This document shows positions 1 through 11,500 of a stretch of 64,000 bases of DNA, piece by piece (positions within the stretch are counted from its first letter, which is position 1; the number at the start of each line of letters is the position of its first letter). Below the pieces are notes generated by a model, which saw nothing but the letters and a program-made list of their open reading frames with translations, did no database searches and had not been told where the DNA came from. Origin of the DNA: Myxococcota bacterium (GTDB lineage Bacteria; Myxococcota_A; Polyangia; Polyangiales; Sandaracinaceae); assembly GCA_036149055.1 (NCBI GenBank), contig JAYZQJ010000022.1, positions 1 through 64,000 on the forward strand. Reading direction: 5' to 3'. The position numbers and the translations under genes are program-made.

Positions 1-2
1 AC

Positions 3-692
3 GGCAACGTGAGTGACTTCATGCACGACCTCGACCTGCTGCTGTCGAAGGAGGTGAAGGCGTTGCGGTCGGCGGCGCGGGGCGTGACGTGGGAGCCGGG
101 CGAGCTGTCGGTCGTGCAGCTGCTGGATCGCGAGGCGCTGCTGGAGAAGATGGCGTACAGCATCGTGAACCCGGTGGCGTCGGGCCTCGTGTGGCTGCCG
201 CACCAGTGGCCGGGGGTGACGGCGTCGGTCGAGGAGCTGGGCGAGAAGGTGCTCGAAGGCGAGCGCCCGCCGGGCCGATCGCCGAAGCGGTGGCCGGAGA
301 GGGAGTCGATCCAGCTGACCTGGCCGGATTGGTTGGCGGACGACGTAGACGACGCGCGGTCGCGCATCGAGGCGCACGTGGAGCGGATGGTCGAGGAGGC
401 GCACGCGGAGGCGAAGCGGCGGGGCTGGAAGGTGATGAGCGCGCGGCAAGCGAAACGCGTGTCGCCCTATCGCGCGTCCCGAACGCCAGAGGAGCCCGGG
501 CGTCTCCGCCCCCACATCGCGGCCGGCTGTCCGCAGGTGCGGCGCGCGGGCAAGATGCGCCTGAAGGCCTTCCGTGCGAGCCACCGCGAGTGCAAGCAGC
601 GCTGGTGCGCGGGCGACCGAGAGGTGGTCTTCCCGGCGGGCACGTACTGGATGAAGAAGCATCACGGCGTGCGCACGGAACCCTTCCCCTGA
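3..692 (+). mobile_element. REP-associated tyrosine transposase (RAYT, IS200/Y1 HUH family), 5'-truncated by the window edge
   Basis: Frame is open from the window start. It carries KMAYSIVNPVASGLV..WPG (Y..NPV.AGLV motif) and a C-terminal FPAGTYWM tail. The HUH motif would lie upstream of the window. Confidence 0.8.
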
Positions 693-715
693 CTGCGAGT
701 GGGATCGCGCGCCCT

Positions 716-758
716 TCAGACGGAGCCCGGCGGCCTCTGGCCGCCGGGCTCCGTCTGA
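716..758. repeat. Perfect 20-bp-stem hairpin downstream of the RAYT gene
   Basis: TCAGACGGAGCCCGGCGGCC-tct-GGCCGCCGGGCTCCGTCTGA, no U-tract on either side. Confidence 0.9.
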
Positions 759-892
759 CGTTCGAGATCGAGGGCGCGGATGTCCCCGAAATGGGGTACT
801 CGGAGCGCTCCATCGTCGTGCGATCTGCGGCGCAACAGCGAGGGTCACGCCAATTCGCGCCAAGCTCGTGTCTTCCGACTCGAGCTTTCGCG

Positions 893-943
893 GCCGGTAC
901 CTGGTACCGCCCGTGCTGTCGGCTTTCGGTACCAGGTACCGGC
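893..943. repeat. REP-like doublet: 17-bp inverted repeat with self-palindromic arms
   Basis: GCCGGTACCTGGTACCG-N17-CGGTACCAGGTACCGGC; each arm contains GGTACC-W-GGTACC. Confidence 0.85.
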
Positions 944-961
944 GGGGGAAGCGCGCGGGAG

Positions 962-2671
962 TCAGAGGAAAGGGTGCAGGGCTTCGGGCTGCTCGGGGAC
1001 GCGGCCGGACCACCAGCGGGCGAGGGCGAGGACGATGAGGGCGGCGGCCCCTGCGGCGAAGGTTCGGGCGATGGCGGTCTCGAAGATGGGGAGGGGCTCG
1101 CCAGTGATGCGGAGCGCGGTGGCCGCGGCGACCAGGGTCGTGAGGGCGGCGCCCCCCAGGAGGGTGCCGCGGCGGGTTCGGCCGAGGGCGCGCGCGCGGC
1201 GGAGCCAGAGCCAGAGAGCGCCGGCCAGCGCGACGAAGGTCAGGCCGCCGAGGGCCCGGGTCAGCTCACCGGTCGAGCGGCCGACGTGCCAGCCGCCGGC
1301 GAGGATCGCGACGGTGGCGGCGGCGGCGGCGAGGAGGACGATGTCGTCGAGGCCTCGCGCCCAACGGGCGATCTGGCCGGCGCCGCGAGAGATGGCCGAG
1401 GGGGCCGAGCCCGCTGCGGCGATCGCGAGCACCAGGGCCAGCGTGCCGATCGGGGTGGAGAGCGCGGTCCAGGCCCACGGCCACACGTGCTGTTGCGCCG
1501 CGAGGTTGGCCACGTCCGTCGTGCCACCGAACGCCGCCGCCGCGCCCAGCGCCACCGCGAGGCCCAGTACGGTGCCCAGCGCGTGGGTGGCCGCGAGCGC
1601 GCGACGCCAGAAGCTCTCGCCCACGGTCGCCAGCCACGCCGCGCTGACCCGCAGCGCCATCGCGGCGAGGAGGAGCGCCTCCAGCGGCATCACCAACCAC
1701 CCATGGCGCGCGAGCACCGGCCACGCCGCGAGGAAGGCCGCGCCCAGCACCCAGCGGCCGATGCGATGGGCGCGCAGGGTGCGGGGCCGCGACAGCACGG
1801 CGCGCGCGGTGGCACGGGCCCGACGCGCGACTCCGTCCACCGCCGACGCCGATGGGGCCAGCAGCAGCGCCAAGGCGAGGAGCCACGTGAGCGCGACCAC
1901 CGCGGCGGCGATCACCTCGGAGCTGGGCCCCTCGGCGGTCTCGCGCAGCGGCAGCGTGACCTCGAACGCGATCGGCTCGCCGCGGCGGGCCACCCGGAGC
2001 GTCGCCTCCGCGTCACCCGGCGCCGGGATCGCGTCGGACAGTCGGTGCAGTCTCACGCCGTCCAGCTCGAGCAGCCGGTCGCCGACGATGAGGCCCGCCT
2101 GCTCCGCGACCGAGCCGGCCAGGATCATCTCGATCGGGAGCCCGGGATCGCGAGGCGGCTCCTCACCGAGCACCAGCCCGAGCGCGTCGATGGTGCGCGC
2201 CGCTCGTCGGGCCCGCGCGAGCTCCGCGCCGACGCCTCCGTCCTCCGGCGGGTGCAGGTCCAGCACCTGCTCGCCCGATCGACCGACCACTTCGTGCCGG
2301 CCCTCCGCGCCATCGAAGGCGACGACGACGCGCCCCCGAAAGGTGCCGCGCTCCTCGACCGCGCCCATCGAGACGTCGTCGAAGCGCACCTCGATGGCGT
2401 CCGCCGCGGTCGCGCGCCCCTCCGCCAGGAGCACGATGGGCCGAGGGCTCGCGCCCGGCAGGTGGAGCTGGCCCTCGAGCCGCACCCGGGCGGCGCGGCC
2501 CGGCGGGAACCCGGCCCCGGTGATCGCCAGCGTCCGCCCGGGCTCCACCCGCCGCGGCGCCACGTCGTCGACCGACAGCAGATCGGCCTCGAGGCTCGGC
2601 TCACACCCCGAGACGAGCGCGATCGCGAGCAGCGTCACGCGGAGCGGCGTCGAAAGAGGGAGGGCGTGCAC
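962..2671 (-). CDS. Putative lipoprotein with PDZ domain and C-terminal multi-pass membrane domain distantly like NuoH
   Basis: C-terminal part of ORF 962..3946. GTG start, lipobox LVSGC, PDZ signature GSVAEQAGLIVGDRLLELDG, then many TM helices including LAAQQHVWPWAWTALSTPIG. Confidence 0.65.
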   Translation of the reverse strand: MHALPLSTPLRVTLLAIALVSGCEPSLEADLLSVDDVAPRRVEPGRTLAITGAGFPPGRAARVRLEGQLHLPGASPRPIVLLAEGRATAADAIEVRFDDVSMGAVEERGTFRGRVVVAFDGAEGRHEVVGRSGEQVLDLHPPEDGGVGAELARARRAARTIDALGLVLGEEPPRDPGLPIEMILAGSVAEQAGLIVGDRLLELDGVRLHRLSDAIPAPGDAEATLRVARRGEPIAFEVTLPLRETAEGPSSEVIAAAVVALTWLLALALLLAPSASAVDGVARRARATARAVLSRPRTLRAHRIGRWVLGAAFLAAWPVLARHGWLVMPLEALLLAAMALRVSAAWLATVGESFWRRALAATHALGTVLGLAVALGAAAAFGGTTDVANLAAQQHVWPWAWTALSTPIGTLALVLAIAAAGSAPSAISRGAGQIARWARGLDDIVLLAAAAATVAILAGGWHVGRSTGELTRALGGLTFVALAGALWLWLRRARALGRTRRGTLLGGAALTTLVAAATALRITGEPLPIFETAIARTFAAGAAALIVLALARWWSGRVPEQPEALHPFL

Positions 2672-2744
2672 GGCGGCCCCCGAGACATCCCGCGCGCACA
2701 CGTCTCGGGTCAAGAAAACGGCGTATTCGCGGGTACCTACGCGA

Positions 2745-2773
2745 TTGACACCCTCGGGCTGCGGTGCTACTCG
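2745..2773 (+). promoter_or_regulatory. Putative sigma70-type promoter
   Basis: TTGACA-N17-TACTCG upstream of the ATG at 2830; weak -10. Confidence 0.4.
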
Positions 2774-2829
2774 CATGCCACCGCGCCCACCCTCGACCAC
2801 ATGGGGTGAGGGGTGGCACCAGGGCGGTG

Positions 2830-3903
2830 ATGGACGAGCTTCGACGAAGGATTCTCGCGCTCCTCGAGCGCGTCCGAGAGGGGGAGGGCGCCCACGTCGC
2901 GGCCGACGTGGCGGAGACCCTCGAGATCTGGCTGACCAGCGGTCTGCTGCCCCTGCCCAAGACCCTCGAGAAGCACGCCGAGCGCCTCGGCGCTCTCCTC
3001 GGGCTGCTCGCCCGCGCCGCGCGACCGGAGCGAGAGGACGAGGGCTACGCCGGAGGCATCCCGACCGATCGCGATCGGGCCGGGCTGGTGGACGCCATGC
3101 CCGCGAACCGACCGATGTCGGTCGAGCCGACCGAAGAGGCCGCTGCCGAGCCCGAGCCCGCTGCCGAGCCCGAGCCCGCTGCCGAGCCCGAGCCCGCTGC
3201 CGAGCCCGAGCGCGAGCCCGAGGCCGCTGCCGAGCCCGAGCCCGCTGCCGAGCCCGCTGCCGCTGCCGAGTCCGAGTCCGAGTCCGCTGCCGAGCCCGAG
3301 CCCGCTGCCGAGCCCGCTGCCGCTGCCGAGCCCGAGCCCGAGTCCGCTGCCGAGTCCGAGCCCGCTGCCGCTGCCGCTGCCGAGTCCGCTGCCGAGTCCG
3401 AGCCCGCTGCCGCTGCCGAGCCCGCGCCCGCTGCCGCTGCCGAGCCCGCGCCCGCTGCCGCTTCCGAGCCCGCTGCCGCGCCCGTCGCCGCTGCCGAGCC
3501 CGCTGCCGCTGCCGCTGCCGCGCCCGCTGCCGCTGTCGAGCCCGCCGCCGAGCCCGCCGCGGACGTCGTGACCAAGTCCGCCGAGGCGCCGAGCTCCGAG
3601 CCGAAGAAGAAGAAGCGCCCGAGCGCGCGCAAGAAGAAGACCGACGCGGGCGCGAAGAAGAAGTCCTCGAAGAAGACGACGAAGAAGGCGGCCAAGAAGA
3701 CCACGAAGAAGGCCGCGGCCAAGAAGGCCGACGGATCGAAGAAGCGTCCGAGCGCGCGCAAGAAGCGTCCTTCGGCGAAGCGCGCGACCACGAAGCCGGC
3801 GGCCGAGAAGGCGGCGGACGCGGGGGCCTCGAGCCCGAAGAAGAAGCCGAAGGCGAGCGGCAAGAAGCGCCCGAGCGCGCGTCGCAAGGGAGATGACGGC
3901 TGA
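2830..3903 (+). CDS. Low-complexity protein: helical N-terminus, Ala/Glu/Pro repeats, Lys/Ala-rich histone H1-like tail
   Basis: MDELRRRIL start; (AAEPEP)n; tail with [10 protein letters not shown] and repeated KKRPSARK. Confidence 0.75.
   Translation: MDELRRRILALLERVREGEGAHVAADVAETLEIWLTSGLLPLPKTLEKHAERLGALLGLLARAARPEREDEGYAGGIPTDRDRAGLVDAMPANRPMSVEPTEEAAAEPEPAAEPEPAAEPEPAAEPEREPEAAAEPEPAAEPAAAAESESESAAEPEPAAEPAAAAEPEPESAAESEPAAAAAAESAAESEPAAAAEPAPAAAAEPAPAAASEPAAAPVAAAEPAAAAAAAPAAAVEPAAEPAADVVTKSAEAPSSEPKKKKRPSARKKKTDAGAKKKSSKKTTKKAAKKTTKKAAAKKADGSKKRPSARKKRPSAKRATTKPAAEKAADAGASSPKKKPKASGKKRPSARRKGDDG
3141..3560 (+). repeat. Coding tandem repeats of 6-18 bp units (GCCGAGCCCGAGCCCGCT)
   Basis: Directly visible; encodes [12 protein letters not shown] repeats. 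Confidence 0.9.
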
Positions 3904-3957
3904 ACGTCAACTCTCGCTTGACATCCGGACCGGAACGGAGCATCACTCCGGTCCCCC

Positions 3958-4030
3958 GGGGCTGTAGCTCAGTTGGGAGAGCGCATGAATGGCATTCATG
4001 AGGTCAGGGGTTCGATTCCCCTCAGCTCCA
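3958..4030 (+). tRNA. tRNA-Ala(GGC), CCA not encoded
   Basis: GGGGCTG/CAGCTCC acceptor stem with G3-U70, anticodon arm CATGA-ATGGCAT-TCATG, T-loop TTCGATT; TTGACA upstream at 3918. Confidence 0.97.
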
Positions 4031-4034
4031 TCTA

Positions 4035-4077
4035 GCCCGGACGCCCGCCTCTGAAGAGCGCGGGCGTTCTGCTTTTC
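4035..4077 (+). terminator. Putative intrinsic terminator after the tRNA
   Basis: Imperfect stem GGACGCCCGC...GCGGGCGTTC followed by TGCTTTTC. Confidence 0.6.
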
Positions 4078-4096
4078 GGGGGTCCCGGAGCTCGGC

Positions 4097-5002
4097 TCAG
4101 ACCAGGGCCCAGTCGGCCGGGTCCGCCTCGTCGAGCGCCTGGCGGGCGGCCGCGGCGTCGGTCGCGATCTGCGCCTTCAGCGCCTCGATCCCGTCGAACT
4201 TCCGCTCACCACGGATGCGCTTCACGAACCCCACGCGCGCGTCGCGGTCGTAGAGGTCGCCGTCGAAGTCGAAGAGGTGGGCCTCGACCGAGCGACCGGC
4301 GGCGAAGGTCGGTCGCACCCCGAGGTTCGCCACCCCGCGGTGCAGGTCGCCGTCCACGCGCATCACCACCGCGTAGACGCCGTCGGCCGGCAGCAGCACG
4401 GGCTCGCAGTCCAGGTTGGCGGTGGGGAAGCCGATCGTGCGGCCGCGCTGATCGCCGCGCACCACTCGGCCGCCCGCGTCGTGCACCCGCCCGAGGAGGC
4501 GGCGCGCGGCGTCGACCTCGCCGGCCTGGACGAGCCGGCGGATCCGGGTCGAGCTCACCACCCCGCCCTCGCGCTGCACCGGCGGCACCGTGCGCACCTC
4601 GAAGCCGTGCGTCGCGCCCAGCGCGCGGAGGGTGTCGACGTCTCCGCTGCGTCCCTTGCCGAAGCGGAAGTCGGGGCCCAGCACCACCCCGGCGGCGCCG
4701 AGCCGATCCACGAGCACCTCGCGCACGAAGGCCTCCGGGCTCATCGCCGCGAGCGCCTCGTCGAAGGCCAGCACCTCCACCGCGTCCGCGCCGAGCTCGC
4801 GGAGCAGCTGCGCGCGACGCGTCGGCGTGGTCAGCAGCGGGGGCGCCTTCGACGGCGCGAGCACGACCGCGGGGTGCGGATCGAAGGTGAGCGCCGTGAC
4901 GTGCGAGCCCAGCTCCCGGGCCGCCGCGAGGAGCGCGCGGTGGCCGAGATGGACCCCGTCGTGGTTTCCCGGGGTGACGATGGTGCCTGAAACGTCGCTC
5001 AT
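4097..5002 (-). CDS. ribF: Bifunctional riboflavin kinase / FAD synthetase
   Basis: GNHDGVHLGH, DFRFG, VSSTRIR, GRTIGFPTAN, EAHLFDF motifs. Confidence 0.95.
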   Translation of the reverse strand: MSDVSGTIVTPGNHDGVHLGHRALLAAARELGSHVTALTFDPHPAVVLAPSKAPPLLTTPTRRAQLLRELGADAVEVLAFDEALAAMSPEAFVREVLVDRLGAAGVVLGPDFRFGKGRSGDVDTLRALGATHGFEVRTVPPVQREGGVVSSTRIRRLVQAGEVDAARRLLGRVHDAGGRVVRGDQRGRTIGFPTANLDCEPVLLPADGVYAVVMRVDGDLHRGVANLGVRPTFAAGRSVEAHLFDFDGDLYDRDARVGFVKRIRGERKFDGIEALKAQIATDAAAARQALDEADPADWALV

Positions 5003-5047
5003 CGCGCCGGCCCCATGCTGGAGCAATTCCGGCCGAGCGCAACCGGG

Positions 5048-6946
5048 TCAGCGACAGCAGCTGGCCGGCATCAGGAAGGGGACGCAGAGCGGCGTCACCG
5101 CGCCGTCCTCCCCGACCGCGAAGTCCACGCCCGGCTCGAGCATCTCCCGCACGCCTCGCGCGGCGCCCTCGCCGGCCAGCACCGCGAGGTCGCGGAGCGG
5201 GCAGAGGGGGAGATCGCACAGATGCGCGACCGCCTCGCAGCACGCGTCGGGCACCGGCATGTAGGTGACCGTGTCGGGCATCATGGTCGCGGCCCGCACC
5301 GTCGTCTGACAGGACGCCACCCCGTGGCCATCGGAGGTGTCGTCGAAGGCGGGGCTGTTGGACCCGTCGGGATCGATCACCGAGAAGCGGCCCGCCGGGC
5401 CCTGCGTGCACTGCTGGAGCGTGCCCGAGTCGTCGCACGCGGCGAGCGGCGCCCGCGGATCGCCGCAGCCGGTCAGGGGGTCCGCGTCGAGCTGGCTGAT
5501 GGCGATCGGGTTGCCGTCCTCGTCCAGCGCGTTGGGGCGGTAGACCGGGTCCGGGCAGCCGAGCTCGTTCGGGATCGACCACGCCTGGCTCGAGAAGGTG
5601 CCGCCCTCGATCACCCAGTCGTTGTCGGTCCGCCCGCGCACGATTCCGTCGACGACGCTGTCGGGGAGGCCGGGGTTCTCCTCGACCACCTGGGCGCGGA
5701 AGTCGATCGCCGCGCCGCCCGCGATCCCGGAGAGCACGTTGACGTCGTAGTTGCCCGTCGGGATCTCCTGACAGTCGACGGGGATGCGCTCGTAGACCTC
5801 GGCCAGGTTGCCCGGGGTGATGTAGGGGATGTTGCAGGACGGGTTCGTCGGGTCGAGGTTCACCGCGACGATCGGCGGGACCGCGATGTCGATGCTCGGG
5901 TCGAACGTGTCCTTCGCGCCGGTCTGGCTCGGCCGCGTGGTGGCGACGATGACCGCGTCGGGCACGCGCGCGGCGAGCTCGATCGGGTTGCGGGCCCGCC
6001 GCAGGATCACCACCGGGTGGTTCCACTGGATGCCCGCCGTCGCGCCGAGCACCGGGTGCGGGTCCTGCCTTCCATCGCGGTTCGCGTCCACCGGGAGGAT
6101 GAACCAGCCGAAGCCCGACGGATGCGCGTCGATCGCCATGCCGGCCGCGTCGAGCGTGTCGATCCAGTCCGGCTGCTCGGGGTCGATGAGCCGGAGGCGC
6201 ATCTCGGTGAGCTGCCAGAGCTGCGTCTCGCGCATCACGTCGTCGGTGGTGGTCGGCAGGCGCGCCTCGGAGCTGAGCCCGCGCGTGGTCTCTCCCAGGC
6301 GGGACGCCGGGAGCTCGGTGTTCACGAGCGCGGCGAGCGCGACGGTGACCCCCTGCACGACCTGACCGTCGGGGCGGTCCTGCACGCTGCCGAAGCGGAT
6401 GCGCTCGAACTGCGGCGGGTCCTCGGACGTGTTGACGAAGGCGCCGCCGGCCAGGTCGCCGCGGGTGGCGAGCCGGGTGACGCCGAAGAACGGGTTGAAG
6501 TCCTGGTCGCGGTCGTAGAAGCCGCGGACCTGGTAGTCGACGGTGGCGCCGCGCCCGTCGGCGAGCGCGATGTCCGGCCAGCCGAAGTCGACCGAGCGCG
6601 TCACGACGACTCGCTGATCCTCCGGCGTCGGCTCGGCGGGCAGGCAGTCCTCGAGCTCGAAGATCTCGCGGCCGGGGATGATGAGCACCGTCTCGGCGCT
6701 CGTCGCCGTGCCGCTCGGCGGCGGCGGGTTGTCGGAGAGGAAGGCGAGCAGGATCACGTTGCCGAGCACCGCGGAGGGCACGTCGCCGTCGTAGGCGCAG
6801 CGCGGGCGCGGCCCGGCGTAGAGCACGGTGCCCTCGATGCGGCCCGTGATGTCGGGCGCCGAGCCGCCGATGTCGGTCTCGGGCGGATCGCAGCCCAGGG
6901 TGAGGAGCGAGAGGCAGAGCGCGGCGGTGGAGAGTGTGCGAAGCAT
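5048..6946 (-). CDS. Cys-rich hypothetical lipoprotein
   Basis: Lipobox LTLGC; Cys-rich C-terminus; begins 3 bp after the receptor gene stop. Confidence 0.8.
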   Translation of the reverse strand: MLRTLSTAALCLSLLTLGCDPPETDIGGSAPDITGRIEGTVLYAGPRPRCAYDGDVPSAVLGNVILLAFLSDNPPPPSGTATSAETVLIIPGREIFELEDCLPAEPTPEDQRVVVTRSVDFGWPDIALADGRGATVDYQVRGFYDRDQDFNPFFGVTRLATRGDLAGGAFVNTSEDPPQFERIRFGSVQDRPDGQVVQGVTVALAALVNTELPASRLGETTRGLSSEARLPTTTDDVMRETQLWQLTEMRLRLIDPEQPDWIDTLDAAGMAIDAHPSGFGWFILPVDANRDGRQDPHPVLGATAGIQWNHPVVILRRARNPIELAARVPDAVIVATTRPSQTGAKDTFDPSIDIAVPPIVAVNLDPTNPSCNIPYITPGNLAEVYERIPVDCQEIPTGNYDVNVLSGIAGGAAIDFRAQVVEENPGLPDSVVDGIVRGRTDNDWVIEGGTFSSQAWSIPNELGCPDPVYRPNALDEDGNPIAISQLDADPLTGCGDPRAPLAACDDSGTLQQCTQGPAGRFSVIDPDGSNSPAFDDTSDGHGVASCQTTVRAATMMPDTVTYMPVPDACCEAVAHLCDLPLCPLRDLAVLAGEGAARGVREMLEPGVDFAVGEDGAVTPLCVPFLMPASCCR

Positions 6947-6949
6947 GGC

Positions 6950-9655
6950 TCAGTACCGGAAGGTGACGTGGCCCATGAAGCGCCGGTCCATTCGTTGTCC
7001 GAACGGATGCTCTCGGTGCGCCATGAGGAGGTTCGTGCCGGTGACGGCGAGCTCGAGCTGGTCGTCGAAGAGGCGGTAGCCCACGCGCGCGTTCATCACC
7101 GCGTACGAGGGGAGGGAGAAGGTCTCGAAGGCGGTGCCGCCGCGCTCGGTGTCGAGCACCTGCTCCACCCAGACCTGGTCGCTGACGAAGTGGAAGTCGA
7201 CCGCGAGGTCGAGGCCCAAGGGCGAGCGGTACTGCACGCCGGCGTTGACCTTGTGCGCGCTCGTGCGCTGGTCGAGCTCGCGCCCCGCCAGCGCCTGATC
7301 GCCGAGCGGCGTCGTCTCGTGGATCGCGTAGTTGGCGTAGATGTCGAGGCCGGTGACCGGGTAGACGCGCACGCCGATCTCGCCGCCGATCTGCTGGAAG
7401 TCGGCGTCCTCGTTGTCGAACTGCAGCTGCCCGAGCGGGAACGCGGCGAGCTCGGGGTCGTAGGCGAGCCGCGGGTCGTTGCGGAAGTCGTAGAGACGGT
7501 ACGCCGTGTTGCGCGACAGGAGGATCTGGTCGAAGACGAGGTTGTAGTAGCCGTTCAGCTCGAGCGCGAAGTAGTCGGTCTCCTGCAGCATGTAGCCGAG
7601 CTCGACCGAGACGATGCGCTCCGGATCCAGGTCCTGGTTGCCGATGCCGAACGCGGTCACGCCGCGCAGGGGCGTCGCGTTGGGCACGAAGAGGTAGGAC
7701 TCGAGGAACGTCGGGCTCCGGAACGCGGTGCCGGCGGTGAGGCGGATGCTCTGCCGGGGCGTGGGGTGCACGACCACCGAGCCGCGCGGGGAGATCTGCG
7801 GCTCGGAGAGCAGCGGGTGCTGGTCGAGGCGCGCGCTGAGCACGACCTGGACGACCTCGTCGATCCGGAGCGTGTCCTGGAGGAAGACGTTGAAGTGGTT
7901 CTGCGTCTGCGTCTGGATCCCGGACACCGGGTCGCGCAGCCAGTCCCAGTCGACCTCCTTGAAGCGGTAGCCGACGCCGCCGATGATCGCGTTGTCGAGG
8001 CCGTCGACGATCTCGAACTGGTTCGAGTAGACGAGCTCGACGTCGACGATGTCCTGCCGGTTCACGCGCCCGATCTGCGCGCGGTCCAGGCCGCCCTCGC
8101 GGATCCCGGTCAGCCCGTAGTCGGCCTCGAAGTGGTTCCAGAACGCGCGCGCGCTCAGCCCGAACGCCGTCTGGGCCTGCAGGTACGTCTGGGTGAAGAT
8201 GGCGTCCGACAGGAAGAGCTCGCGCAGGCGGCTCAGGCCCTGGAAGGCGCGGTCGCCCACCGCGACGCCGGTGCCGGCGGTGACCGAGTAGCCGTCGGCG
8301 ATGCGGAGCTGCGCGTCGCCGCGGAAGTAGAGGCGGCGCCGACCGAGCTGCGGGTCGTTGGCGAAGGGCGAGACGTCCACGCGGTTCGGTCCCACGAAGC
8401 GCGAGTACTGATCCGACTCCTCCCAGCCGCCTCCGAGGCGGAAACGGAGCCGGTCGACACGCTGGGTGACCGTCGAGTTGATGCGGTACTGGCCGTGGTC
8501 GCCGACGCCGGCGCTCACGAAGGACCGCCCCTCGCCGATCGGGCGGGTGATGATGTTCACGATGCCGGTGAACGCGTCGGCGCCGTAGAGCGCGGAGGCC
8601 GGGCCTCGGATGACCTCGATGCGCTCGACGTCCTCCATGCTGATCGGGATGAGGTCCCAGAGGGTCGTGCCGAGGAAGTCGAGGTACACCGAGCGGCCGT
8701 CGATGAGCACGATGGCGCGGTTCGACAGGCGCTGGTTCAGGCCGCGGATCGAGACCTGGACGTCGCCCGGGCTGCTCATCATGAACTCGACGCCGGCGAC
8801 GCGGCGGAGCGACTCGCCCATCACCTGCAGGCCCGAGAGCCGGAGGTCCTGGGCGGTGATGATCGTGGTCGAGTTCGGCGCGTCGAGCGGGTTCTGGGCC
8901 GCGCGCGAAGACGAGACGACCTGCTCTTCGTAGGTGTCGCCCTCGCGCTGCTCGCCGAGCTCGAGCGCCTCTTCGCCTTCGGCCTCGGTCTCGCCTTCGC
9001 CCGACGCGATCTCGCCTTCGCCGGTCGCCTCGCCCTCGGTGGTCTCGGTCTGGCCCTCGGTCGACGACTCCTCCGCGGCGGCGATGCGGCGCTCTCGCAG
9101 CGCGGCCGCCAGTGCCCGCAGCCGCTCGGCGCGATCCCGCAGCGCGTCGGACTGCGCGGACTCCGCGAGGGCCTCGATCTGGGTGGCCGAGTCCTCGAGG
9201 GCCGCGATCTCTTCTTCGCTCGCGACCGGCGCCGTCTCGGGCGTCGGCGTGGGCGCGACCTCGGCCTCCACCGGCGCCGGCTCCTCCGACGCGCGCGCCT
9301 CGACCGCGGCGATGCGCGCCCGGAGCGCGGTGAGGTAGCCGTTGACCTCGGCGCGATCGGGCGGGTCGCTCTCGAGGTAGCGCTCGAAGTAGTCGACGGC
9401 CTCGTCGTAGCGGCCGGACTCGGCGTACGCGCGGCCGATGTTGTAGAGCACGTTGGGGTGCGGGAGGATCTCGTAGGCCTCGCGCAGCTCCGCGACCCCC
9501 TCGTCGACCTGCCCCTCGGCGATGAGGGCCATGCCCGCGCGGAAGTGGCGTCGCGCCTCGGTCCGCACGTCGGCCCGGAGCGGCGCGCTCACCATGAGGA
9601 CCAGCAGCCCGGCTCCGGCGGCCGCAAAGGCCCCTCTCCACCTTCGTCTCTGCAT
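6950..9655 (-). CDS. TonB-dependent receptor with N-terminal TPR extension
   Basis: Signal peptide; TPRs (ARRHFRAG..., LYNIGRAY...); plug motifs (VLIDGR, IEVIRGPASALYGADAFTGIVNIIT); barrel ending FRY. Confidence 0.92.
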   Translation of the reverse strand: MQRRRWRGAFAAAGAGLLVLMVSAPLRADVRTEARRHFRAGMALIAEGQVDEGVAELREAYEILPHPNVLYNIGRAYAESGRYDEAVDYFERYLESDPPDRAEVNGYLTALRARIAAVEARASEEPAPVEAEVAPTPTPETAPVASEEEIAALEDSATQIEALAESAQSDALRDRAERLRALAAALRERRIAAAEESSTEGQTETTEGEATGEGEIASGEGETEAEGEEALELGEQREGDTYEEQVVSSSRAAQNPLDAPNSTTIITAQDLRLSGLQVMGESLRRVAGVEFMMSSPGDVQVSIRGLNQRLSNRAIVLIDGRSVYLDFLGTTLWDLIPISMEDVERIEVIRGPASALYGADAFTGIVNIITRPIGEGRSFVSAGVGDHGQYRINSTVTQRVDRLRFRLGGGWEESDQYSRFVGPNRVDVSPFANDPQLGRRRLYFRGDAQLRIADGYSVTAGTGVAVGDRAFQGLSRLRELFLSDAIFTQTYLQAQTAFGLSARAFWNHFEADYGLTGIREGGLDRAQIGRVNRQDIVDVELVYSNQFEIVDGLDNAIIGGVGYRFKEVDWDWLRDPVSGIQTQTQNHFNVFLQDTLRIDEVVQVVLSARLDQHPLLSEPQISPRGSVVVHPTPRQSIRLTAGTAFRSPTFLESYLFVPNATPLRGVTAFGIGNQDLDPERIVSVELGYMLQETDYFALELNGYYNLVFDQILLSRNTAYRLYDFRNDPRLAYDPELAAFPLGQLQFDNEDADFQQIGGEIGVRVYPVTGLDIYANYAIHETTPLGDQALAGRELDQRTSAHKVNAGVQYRSPLGLDLAVDFHFVSDQVWVEQVLDTERGGTAFETFSLPSYAVMNARVGYRLFDDQLELAVTGTNLLMAHREHPFGQRMDRRFMGHVTFRY

Positions 9656-9693
9656 CTCCCCCCCGACTCGCCCTCACATGTTCGACGGAGCCC

Positions 9694-11370
<1,677 letters not shown>

Positions 11371-11500
11371 CCTTCACCCCAGACCCCGAGGGGAGGCGTC
11401 GTCGCCCCCCGCGCCGGAAATTTACCCCGTCCCGAGGGTCGCCGTCGAGTGGCCGGTGGAAAGGGCGGCGGGCGGGTGCTTCTCCTGTAGTCTCCCCGCC

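Noticed and set aside
2672..3946. RARQRQ-repeat N-terminus of the 994-aa minus-strand ORF
   Set aside because: It is the antisense reading of the AEP repeat gene; the real gene begins near 2671 with a lipoprotein signal.
3958..4096. tRNA-anchored genomic island or prophage
   Set aside because: No integrase, no duplicated tRNA 3' end noticed, and ribF follows directly.
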